Assembly (NCBI GenBank): GCA_965224465.1
Contig: OZ245049.1
Span: 2,280,001 to 2,312,000, forward strand
From: Flavobacteriaceae bacterium
Lineage (GTDB): Bacteria > Bacteroidota > Bacteroidia > Flavobacteriales > Flavobacteriaceae
Direction of reading: 5' to 3'
Length of the DNA: 32,000 nucleotides
The notes below the pieces were generated by a model that ran no database searches, was not told the DNA's origin, and saw only the letters and a list, made by a program, of their open reading frames with translations. Shown piece after piece: positions 7,844-19,000 of this stretch (position 1 is the first letter of the stretch; every line of letters begins with the position of its first letter). The translations under genes were made by a program, and so were the position numbers.

Positions 7844-9550
7844 ATGGAACTTCTTCATTATTTATTAAAATCAGGGCTTGTACTGGGGCTGTTCCTAACC
7901 ATATATGGTCTCTTCCTAAAAAAAGAGACGCATTTTCAATGGCATCGAATCTTTTTAAACACTGGTATAATCTTATCATTTGGGCTACCTCTGCTAATAC
8001 TCACACAAGTAATTTACATTTCTATTCCAGTAAGAGAACAGGTTATTCCACTTGTAAATCAAGCATTAACTACTCATACCAATACTATAAACTGGTCCTT
8101 TTATATAGGAATACTCTATTTTTTAGGCGTGGTAATAATGACGCTTCGCTTTTTACACCAATGCAATAGCCTCTACAAAATAATTAGCAAGAGTTCGGTG
8201 AGTAAATTAGAAAACCAACAATACCTAGATACATCCATTAAATGCACCCCGTTTTCTTTTTTCAACTATATCATCATCAATAAAAAACTACATACTGCCG
8301 AGGAAATAAGGATGATACTCACCCATGAAAACGTTCATAGCTCACAATACCATAGCTTAGACATTCTTTTATCTAACCTATTATTAATTATACAATGGTG
8401 GAATCCAATGGCTTGGTTTTATAAAAAATATATGGAAGAAAACATAGAATATATTGCTGACACAGAAACCATCAAAGAAATCTCTTGTCCCAAAGCATAC
8501 CAATATGCTTTAGTAAAAAACATAGTCTCAAACATCCAACCAGCTTTAGCAACTCATTTTTACCAATCACTTATAAAAAAAAGAATCATTATGTTAAACA
8601 AACCCACATCTAACAACATCAGTCGTTGGAAAACCATCCTCGTTTTACCTTTAATTGCTTTATTTTTCTGGACTTTTAATATGGAAGCACAATTTAAATT
8701 TGAGCAAATAGATAAAGAAGCAACACATTATATTGTGAGTCCAAAAACGCCAAAAATGGAATGGAATTCTATGGAGAAATATGCTAACTCAAACCCCTTT
8801 AAACTTACGGATACCCAACAAAATTCAAAGGAGGAAGCTACTCTTAAAACAATAACCAATTCTAACGATTCGAACACAGAAAAGCCAGCTTTAAAAACCC
8901 AAGGCAAAGAGCTACCCGTTACACCTGTTTTTACGAAATATAGTGCTGTAATTCAAACACAAGACAGTCTTATAAAAATTAAAATCCCCAAAGTATTGTA
9001 TGTCCTTAACGGAAAAAAAGTGTCTTCAAAAATTATCGAAGCCATCGATCCTGACAAAATTAAAAGTATAAATATCCTAAAAAGAAGTAACGCAACCGAG
9101 AAATATGGAATTAAAGCAACAAACGGAGCAATAGAAATATACACAAAATCCACAAATATAATAACAGCAACACGTAAAAACACCAAGCCTTCCTTTACCC
9201 TAAGCAACATAGAAACACCAAAGAAAGGTAACTCAAAAACCCCCTTATACATCTTAGAAGGAAAAGAAATTACCGCAGCTCAATTAAAAGACATAAAACC
9301 AGAGCAAATAAAGGCTATAAACGTTCTTAAAAACAAACAAGCTATTGCAAAATATGGACGTAAAGGAACAAACGGAGTCCTAGAAATAACACTAAAACCT
9401 AGCGCTACCAACACCCCCAAAAACACACGTAACATTACAGACGAAAAAGAAACAAACACAGATGAATTAGCTAAAGACAGCATAAAAATAATTCGCATTA
9501 TAAAAGGGAACCCAACAGTAAAAATCAACGATAAAAGAGGAGAAGAATAA
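7844..9550 (+). CDS. BlaR1-like M56-family membrane metallopeptidase, with two C-terminal TonB-receptor-plug-like repeats instead of a penicillin-binding sensor
   Basis: N-terminal transmembrane segments and the zinc motif HENVH with a downstream E (EENIEY). The C-terminus carries two paralogous modules: YVLNGKKV..IKSINILKRSNATEKYGIKATNGAIEIYTK and YILEGKEI..IKAINVLKNKQAIAKYGRKGTNGVLEITLK. Confidence 0.85.
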   Translation: MELLHYLLKSGLVLGLFLTIYGLFLKKETHFQWHRIFLNTGIILSFGLPLLILTQVIYISIPVREQVIPLVNQALTTHTNTINWSFYIGILYFLGVVIMTLRFLHQCNSLYKIISKSSVSKLENQQYLDTSIKCTPFSFFNYIIINKKLHTAEEIRMILTHENVHSSQYHSLDILLSNLLLIIQWWNPMAWFYKKYMEENIEYIADTETIKEISCPKAYQYALVKNIVSNIQPALATHFYQSLIKKRIIMLNKPTSNNISRWKTILVLPLIALFFWTFNMEAQFKFEQIDKEATHYIVSPKTPKMEWNSMEKYANSNPFKLTDTQQNSKEEATLKTITNSNDSNTEKPALKTQGKELPVTPVFTKYSAVIQTQDSLIKIKIPKVLYVLNGKKVSSKIIEAIDPDKIKSINILKRSNATEKYGIKATNGAIEIYTKSTNIITATRKNTKPSFTLSNIETPKKGNSKTPLYILEGKEITAAQLKDIKPEQIKAINVLKNKQAIAKYGRKGTNGVLEITLKPSATNTPKNTRNITDEKETNTDELAKDSIKIIRIIKGNPTVKINDKRGEE

Positions 9551-9608
9551 ATCCTAATTATCAAAATCAAAAAAGAAAAATAACTGGTTCTTATGCCCTA
9601 CGCATACA

Positions 9609-9639
9609 ATCCTTCTTTATCGAAAAGAGGGATTTTTTT
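9609..9639 (+). terminator. Rho-independent terminator of the blaI-blaR1-like operon
   Basis: ATCCTTCTTT (9609-9618) pairs with AAAGAGGGAT (9624-9633) with one G.T pair. A T7 run follows (9633-9639). Confidence 0.7.
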
Positions 9640-9698
9640 ATGCCAATTATTACCAACTTAAAATTAAGACTGCCTTCATAGATTTATTATTATTTACA

Positions 9699-9870
9699 TT
9701 TTCGACATTCGTGAAATAGTTAAAAAAGAAAACGACGAACTGAATTAACAGTCGCCGTTTCAACTATTTTAGCTCACCCTCTTTTCTATTTTCCTTTTCG
9801 GTGTTCGTGAAACATTTAAAAAAGAAAACGACGAACTGAATTAACAGTCGCCGTTTTAAATGTTTTCACA
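9699..9870. repeat. Tandem duplication (period 96 bp) of a long-hairpin module. The cas9-proximal copy is the tracrRNA 3' end.
   Basis: The core AAAAAAGAAAACGACGAACTGAATTAACAGTCGCCGTTT is identical at 9722-9760 and 9818-9856. The flanking arms differ (GTGAAATAGTT/AACTATTT versus GTGAAACATTT/AAATGTTT) but stay complementary within each copy. Confidence 0.85.
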
Positions 9871-9910
9871 ACGGAATAATCCTTATTGTGAATTGATTTC
9901 AAAATTGTAC
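9818..9910 (-). ncRNA. Predicted tracrRNA, transcribed divergently from cas9
   Basis: Minus strand 9909->9886 is UACAAUUUUGAAAUCAAUUCACAA, a perfect complement of repeat positions 2-25 in the GUUGUG sense, with a G.U opposite position 1. It is followed by UAAGGAUUAUUCCGUUGUGAAAAC (nexus-like), the hairpin CGGCGACUG-UUAAUU-CAGUUCGUCG, and the tract UUUUCUUUUUU. The exact 5' and 3' ends are estimates. Confidence 0.7.
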
Positions 9911-9911
9911 T

Positions 9912-9919
9912 CAAATATA
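9912..9919 (-). promoter_or_regulatory. Candidate -7 box (TATATTTG) for the tracrRNA
   Basis: A perfect TAnnTTTG on the minus strand directly upstream of the anti-repeat. I saw no clear -33 TTG. It predicts a TSS at roughly 9903-9908. Confidence 0.4.
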
Positions 9920-9954
9920 TGAAATAAATTCCGAATAAAGAGTTAGTGCGCCGT

Positions 9955-9962
9955 TATTTTTG
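9955..9962 (+). promoter_or_regulatory. Candidate -7 box (TATTTTTG) for cas9
   Basis: A perfect TAnnTTTG 34 nt upstream of the cas9 ATG. I saw no clear -33 element. Confidence 0.4.
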
Positions 9963-9995
9963 TAAATTAGTTGCTCAATACGCTAAAACTTTATT

Positions 9996-12900
9996 ATGAA
10001 AACAATATTAGGACTTGATTTGGGAACAAACTCTATTGGATGGGCCAATATAAAACTGGATTTCGATAAAAAACAAGGTAAAATCGTCGATGTTGGAAGC
10101 AGGATCATACCAATGTCAAAAGACATTATGGATAAGTTTGGAACAGGACAGTCTATTTCTCAAACAGCAAAAAGAACAGGCTATAGAGGAGTACGCAGAC
10201 TCTACCAAAAAGACAACTTAAGAAGAGAACGTCTACACCGCGTATTAAATATTCTTAATTTTTTACCAAAACATTATGCAGCAGCCATTGATTTTGAACA
10301 AAAACTAGGGCAATTCAAAAAAGGAAAAGAAGTAAAACTTAACTACCTTCCAATAGAAAACGGAAAAGATCAATTCATTTTTATGGATTCTTTTTTAGAA
10401 ATGGTCGCAGAGTTTAAAATAGCACAACCACAATTATTCTATCAAAAAGAAAATGGAGAAGAAACAAAAATCCCCTACGACTGGACACTCTATTATTTAA
10501 GAAAAAAAGCATTAACACAAAAGATAAATAGAGAAGAATTATCTTGGTTATTATTAAATTTCAATCAAAAACGTGGATATTATCAGCTTAGAGGAGAAGA
10601 AAATGAAAACGAAACAAAACTGGAAGAATTTCATTCTCTTAAAGTACTACAAGTTGAGGCTACAGAAGATAAAAATTCAAGAGGGATATGGTATAATGTT
10701 TTTTTAGAAAATGATTTAATCTACAAAAGACAGAGCAAAGACCCTTTAGACAACTGGATAGGAAAACAGAAAGAATTTATAATAAGCATAAACTTAGAAA
10801 AAGACGGAACACCTAAAAAGGACAAAGAAGGAAATATAAAACGGAGTTTTAGAGCTGTTGATTCGACCAAAGATTGGATTGCAATTAAGAAAAAAACAGA
10901 GCAAGACATAGAACAATCAAACAAAAAAGTTGGAACTTTTATTTACGACACACTACTTCAAAACCCTTCTCAAAAAATAAACGGAAAATTAGTTAAAACT
11001 ATTGAGCGAAAACTCTACAAAGAGGAATTACAATTAATTTTAAAAACACAAATAGAAAAACACACGTCTTTAAAAGACAGAGCGTTGTACCAATTATGCA
11101 TTGAAGAATTATACCCTAGAAACGAAGCACATCAAAACATTACTAAAGAAAGAAGTTTCCGTTATCTATTTATGGATGATATTCTATTTCATCAAAGACC
11201 TCTAAAGAGTAAGAAATCCACTATTTCCAATTGTGCGTATGAAAATAGAACCTTTTATTTAAAGAACAAAGAGAGTGAAAAATATGAAAAAATTACAGAA
11301 AGTTTAAAGGTAATATCTAAATCAAACCCGCTATTTAATGAATTTAGATTGTGGCAATTTTTAAAAAACTTAAAAATATATCAACTGAAAAATGAAGAAG
11401 ATATTGATATCACAGCACAGTGTATTGCATCCGAAGAGGGTTGGTGTTCATTATTCGACTTTTTAAACAACCGAAAAGAGGTAGAACAAAAACATATTAT
11501 AGATTTTTTACTAAAAACAGGGAAGTTAAACAAAACAGAAAAAACAAATTATCGCTGGAATTATCCCGAAGACAAAAAATACCCCATTAATGAAACACGT
11601 GTACAGTTCTTAAAGCGTTTAGAAAAAGTAACAGCTATAGACCCCCTATTATTTCTAACAAAAGAAAAGGAATATGCCTTATGGCACATTATTTATTCTG
11701 TAAAAGATAAAAACGAATATGAAAAAGCCTTAGGTACTTTCGCAAGGAAAAATAATCTTGACAAAGTTTCTTTTGTGAATGCATTCCTTAAACACCCACC
11801 TTATAGTTCAGACTATGGTTCGTATTCGGAAAAAGCGATTAAAAAACTACTGCCTTTAATGCGCCTGGGGAAATACTGGGACGAAAAGAACATAAACTTA
11901 GTAGTAAAAAATAGGTTAATTGCAATATTTGAAAGAATAGAACATATTAAAATAGACAAAAAAACATCGGCACAAGCGCTAGAGCTCACCTTAAAACAAG
12001 CTATTAAAGCAGTAGCAGATGACGATATTCCACCAGCATTAATTAAAAGTTTCTTAAATACAGATAAAAGTAAAGCCCTAAAAGGCTTAAACACCTACCA
12101 AGCCTGCTACGCTGTGTATGAAAGACACGCCGAAGTTAGTGAAATTATCCAATGGAAAACACCTAATTCCATTGACCAATACCTCAACAATTTTAAACAA
12201 CACAGTCTAAGAAATCCAATTGTAGAACAGGTTGTAACAGAAACCCTACGTACGGTGCGTGACATTTGGCAACAAGCATTAGATAATGATCCTACTTTTA
12301 AATTTGACGAAATTCATGTAGAATTAGGACGGGACATGAAAAACTCAGCTGAAAAACGAAAAAACATTAGTGAACGACAAACCATTAATGAAAACACAAA
12401 CGCACGCATTAAACTATTATTGGAAGAATTAAAAAATGATTATTCCGAAATAGACATACGCCCTTATTCCCCTAGTCATCAAGAAATCCTCAAATTATAT
12501 GAAGAAGGAGTAGGACAAAACCCTCATGTATCTTATGCTAAATTAGGAGAAGATGAAATTATAAAAATAAGAAGAAATGCAAAACCAACCAGTAATGAAA
12601 TCAAGAAATATAAACTTTGGTTGGAGCAAAATTACATCTCTCCATATACAGGAAACCCAATACCTTTAAGTAAACTTTTTACACAAGCGTACGAAATTGA
12701 ACATGTTATACCAAAATCAAGATTTTTTGATGATTCTTTAAATAATAAAGTAATCTGTGAAAGTGCTATAAACCCAAACCCATACAAAGACAACCAAACG
12801 GCTTATGAATTTATAAAAAACATGGGAGGAATGATTGTCCCAGAATTATCTTCCTCTCATAAAAATATAAAATTATTTACACTAGAACAGTATGAGAACC

Positions 12901-14725
12901 ACTGTAATAAATATTTTAAAAACAACCGAACAAAACTTAAAAATTTACTAAGTGAAGAAGTTCCTGAAGGTTTTATTCAACGCCAAATGAATGACAGTCG
13001 CTATATTAGTAAATTAATTAAAGGGCTGCTAAGTAATATTGTACGTGAAGCAGGAGAAAAAGAAGTAACCTCTAAAAATTTAATCCCCGTTAATGGAGCT
13101 ATTACCTCTAAACTAAAACAAGACTGGGGACTTAACAAACAGTGGAACGATATTATTAGACCACGTTTTGAACGAATGAATGAAATTTCTAATTCACAAG
13201 AATATGGATATATAGATTCCGTAAAAGACACAGAAGGCAAACCAAGTGGAGAAACTTTTTTCCGTTTAATTAGCCCTAAAGGAATCAATAAAAAACGAAT
13301 TGACCATAGACACCATGCACTTGACGCTATTATAATAGCATGTTGCACTAGAGAACATACAAATTACATTACTTCTTTAGATACAGCACGAAAAAACCAT
13401 AAATTAGTAGACAAACTACGATACAGAGAAAAAAGAGAAAAAAAGAACAAAAATGGAGAGTTAACACGTTTTTCAGTTGCTAAAGATTACATAAAACCTT
13501 GGGTAAACTTCCCTATAGAAGTTAAGAACGTCCTAGAAAAAATAATTGTAAGTTTTAAACAAAATACACGGATTATAAACAAAACCAACAATAAAACATG
13601 GCAATGGACTGTAAATGATGAAGGAACATTAAAGAAGAAACAAGTAAAACAAACAAAAGGAGACAACTGGGCCATACGAAAACCACTACACAAAGAAACC
13701 GTGTATGGTAGCGTACGTATAAAACAAGAAAAAAAAGGGCTCGTAAGCTTAAATTCATACCTAGATAAACCTGCACTTATAATAGACAAAAAAATACGTA
13801 AAAAAGTAACGGCTCTTAACAGCCTTTTCGACAACAACAAAAAGAAAATAGCAGACTACTTAAAAAAGAATCCTCTAGAAATTGACAAACAAAAAATTGA
13901 TAAAATAAAAGTTTGGGAATGGACTAAAAACGCAACGGCAACACGCACTCTCCTAAGTGATAAATTTACACGTAAACAATTAGATGCTATTACAGATAGC
14001 GGTATTAAAAAGATTCTAGAACACCACCTTCAAAATTATCTAGATGAAAACAATAAGGAACGTTTTGATCTAGCCTTTAACCACGAAGGGTTGGACATGA
14101 TGAATAAAAATATCACCCAATTAAACAATGGAAAAAACCATAAACCTATTAAATCTATACGTCTTTATGAAGAAGGAAATAGATTTGCAATTTCGCAGAA
14201 TGCAAACAACTTAAATAAGACTAAAAAATATGTAGAGGCTGCAAAAGGAACTAATCTATTTTTTGCAATTTATTGGAATGCCGAAAAACAAGAACGTGTG
14301 TATGAAACAATTCCACTACATGAAGTAATTGAATGGCAAAAACAACGTGCAGCTACAAAAGAATATCAACTCCCAATAATCCCTATTAAGCACAGAAAAG
14401 GAGAATTTCTCTTTTACCTTTCCCCTAATGATTTAGTATATGTACCTACTCCAGAAGAAATGAACAACCCAACACTTGTTGACTTTAAAAACCTATCAAA
14501 AGAACAAGTAATGCGGATATATAAAATGGTGAGTAGTACAGGAAATGAATGCCACTTTATCAATAATAGAGTTTCATCTTTAATTAAAAAGTATGATGCG
14601 AAATCAAAAATAGGTGAGTACGGTAGTTTAAATAAATCAGAAAAAACAATAAATGCAATACTAATTAAAAAAACATGTTGGAAATTACAAATAAACAGAA
14701 TCGGTAACATAAAAAACGTAATCAC

Positions 14726-14750
<25 letters not shown>
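9996..14750 (+). CDS. cas9: Cas9 endonuclease, type II-C, unusually large (1584 aa)
   Basis: RuvC-I ILGLDLGTNSIGWA (D8). Arg-rich bridge helix RTGYRGVRRLYQKDNLRRERLHRVL. RuvC-II IHVELGRD (E776 by my codon count). HNH YEIEHVIPKS..DDSLNNKV (H903). RuvC-III HRHHALDA (H1107/D1110). About 470 aa lie C-terminal to RuvC-III. cas1, cas2 and a CRISPR array follow. Confidence 0.97.
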
Positions 14751-15959
<1,209 letters not shown>

Positions 15960-16028
15960 GACTAAAAAAATAAGTATTGTAAAATAGTGTTCTTCTTAAA
16001 CCTTACTGTTTTACAAATCCTAAAAATA

Positions 16029-16065
16029 AATCCCAAAGCCTTAGTATGACTAAGAATTTGGGATT
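16029..16065. terminator. Long hairpin between cas2 and the first repeat
   Basis: AATCCCAAA (16029-16037) pairs with TTTGGGATT (16057-16065), and an inner stem pairs CTTAG (16040-16044) with CTAAG (16050-16054). It could terminate the cas operon (+) and/or array transcription (-). Confidence 0.5.
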
Positions 16066-16068
16066 GAC

Positions 16069-19000
16069 CCTGTGATTGCTCACGTAAAAATACAATTTTG
16101 AAATCAATTCACAACTGTCCTCTCGATGATGCAGATGCATTATGTCCTGTGATTGCTCACGTAAAAATACAATTTTGAAATCAATTCACAACACGATGCA
16201 ATTAATTTGTCGTATGCTAGACCCTGTGATTGCTCACGTAAAAATACAATTTTGAAATCAATTCACAACAAATTGGACTGGTGATTTTGACGTTAAAACC
16301 CTGTGATTGCTCACGTAAAAATACAATTTTGAAATCAATTCACAACTAATCTCCTTGATAGTTTAACACTTCGTTTCCTGTGATTGCTCACGTAAAAATA
16401 CAATTTTGAAATCAATTCACAACGCCATTTTATCTAATTCTTAAAATTTTAAACCTGTGATTGCTCACGTAAAAATACAATTTTGAAATCAATTCACAAC
16501 TGTATTTAGAAACACGCCCATAGCAATCAACCTGTGATTGCTCACGTAAAAATACAATTTTGAAATCAATTCACAACTGAGGCTGATAGCCTTCTGTTCT
16601 TCAATTACCTGTGATTGCTCACGTAAAAATACAATTTTGAAATCAATTCACAACAATTGCTTGTAGTTAGCATCTACTCCTCCTCCTGTGATTGCTCACG
16701 TAAAAATACAATTTTGAAATCAATTCACAACATTCTACTAACCAGTTCATCATATAATCCCCCTGTGATTGCTCACGTAAAAATACAATTTTGAAATCAA
16801 TTCACAACAGTATCTAACAATAGTATTTTACCTCTAACCCTGTGATTGCTCACGTAAAAATACAATTTTGAAATCAATTCACAACGATTACATGTGTTAT
16901 GAAAAATAGTACATGCCTGTGATTGCTCACGTAAAAATACAATTTTGAAATCAATTCACAACTTAAAATATCATTATTCAATGTTGATATTTCCTGTGAT
17001 TGCTCACGTAAAAATACAATTTTGAAATCAATTCACAACTAAACTTCAGTGAATACTTCGCAGGTAAGGAACCTGTGATTGCTCACGTAAAAATACAATT
17101 TTGAAATCAATTCACAACAATAGATACTGTTTGTCAATTAAATATTATCCTGTGATTGCTCACGTAAAAATACAATTTTGAAATCAATTCACAACCAATA
17201 TGTCAGTATCAATATGTCAGTATCACCTGTGATTGCTCACGTAAAAATACAATTTTGAAATCAATTCACAACTAAAAGCCATAACTATTACATTTCAATA
17301 TCCCTGTGATTGCTCACGTAAAAATACAATTTTGAAATCAATTCACAACTGTTGTAATAACGAATAAGTAGTTGTATATCCTGTGATTGCTCACGTAAAA
17401 ATACAATTTTGAAATCAATTCACAACTATAAGTCGCCCTGATAGTTCTAAGATATGCCTGTGATTGCTCACGTAAAAATACAATTTTGAAATCAATTCAC
17501 AACAAGATCAGCGATCGCTTTTTCATGAGTCTCCCTGTGATTGCTCACGTAAAAATACAATTTTGAAATCAATTCACAACCATTTCAATTACTTCAAAAA
17601 CTATTTTTCCTGTGATTGCTCACGTAAAAATACAATTTTGAAATCAATTCACAACTTGGTGCGGCTGACGTGATTCAATAGCATCGCCTGTGATTGCTCA
17701 CGTAAAAATACAATTTTGAAATCAATTCACAACGACACAATGCATCTTTTGGTAACCTGTGATTGCTCACGTAAAAATACAATTTTGAAATCAATTCACA
17801 ACTAACGGCTTAAATGAATTTCTGTAAATCGCCTGTGATTGCTCACGTAAAAATACAATTTTGAAATCAATTCACAACGAAGGCTAATACATTTATTGAC
17901 AAGTAATTACCTGTGATTGCTCACGTAAAAATACAATTTTGAAATCAATTCACAACAAGTTTGTAGTTCCATATATTGAAGCATCTCCTGTGATTGCTCA
18001 CGTAAAAATACAATTTTGAAATCAATTCACAACTGAGGCTTACTAACCAGTTCTGAACTTCTATTTCCTGTGATTGCTCACGTAAAAATACAATTTTGAA
18101 ATCAATTCACAACAGTATCTCTTACTAAGAGTATTTTACCTTTTAACCCTGTGATTGCTCACGTAAAAATACAATTTTGAAATCAATTCACAACTATCCA
18201 TTGCGAAAATATCGTACATCATAACCCTGTGATTGCTCACGTAAAAATACAATTTTGAAATCAATTCACAACTTGATTTCGCTATTGGGTTTCTATCGGG
18301 ATCCTGTGATTGCTCACGTAAAAATACAATTTTGAAATCAATTCACAACTAAATTGTGAGAACTAATAAGTGTTGTACATCCTGTGATTGCTCACGTAAA
18401 AATACAATTTTGAAATCAATTCACAACCTATTTCTTTTATTAAACATTTGGAAATTTCCTGTGATTGCTCACGTAAAAATACAATTTTGAAATCAATTCA
18501 CAACTTACCCTCGTCAACTTCTGGATTTACAGCCTGTGATTGCTCACGTAAAAATACAATTTTGAAATCAATTCACAACATTCTGCGATGGTCTGTTTAA
18601 GAGCTATGTCCTGTGATTGCTCACGTAAAAATACAATTTTGAAATCAATTCACAACAACTAACAATCGAATCCTTAAGCGTTCCTACCTGTGATTGCTCA
18701 CGTAAAAATACAATTTTGAAATCAATTCACAACTTATAGCTTCACTTGCCTTTGATTTTTTAACCTGTGATTGCTCACGTAAAAATACAATTTTGAAATC
18801 AATTCACAACAGAGTATAAATCGGTCATTAAAAGACATATCCTGTGATTGCTCACGTAAAAATACAATTTTGAAATCAATTCACAACATGATACCAATTA
18901 TCAAATACAACTTGATGCCTGTGATTGCTCACGTAAAAATACAATTTTGAAATCAATTCACAACGCTTAGCAGGTTTCGTTCTATTGAGTAAGACCTGTG

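Noticed and set aside
7752-9570. Minus-strand ORFs (75-99 aa) and a plus-strand 76-aa ORF within the blaI/blaR1-like genes
   Set aside because: They are shadow ORFs in alternative frames of genes with clear family motifs, and their composition is hydrophobic and low-complexity.
9699-9779. The second hairpin module as a second tracrRNA gene
   Set aside because: No anti-repeat complementarity and no promoter box are adjacent to it. Only the terminal hairpin part is duplicated.
10721-14725. Six minus-strand ORFs (67-117 aa) inside cas9
   Set aside because: They are antisense to a gene with all Cas9 motifs intact. They are hydrophobic, low-complexity translations typical of AT-rich antisense frames.
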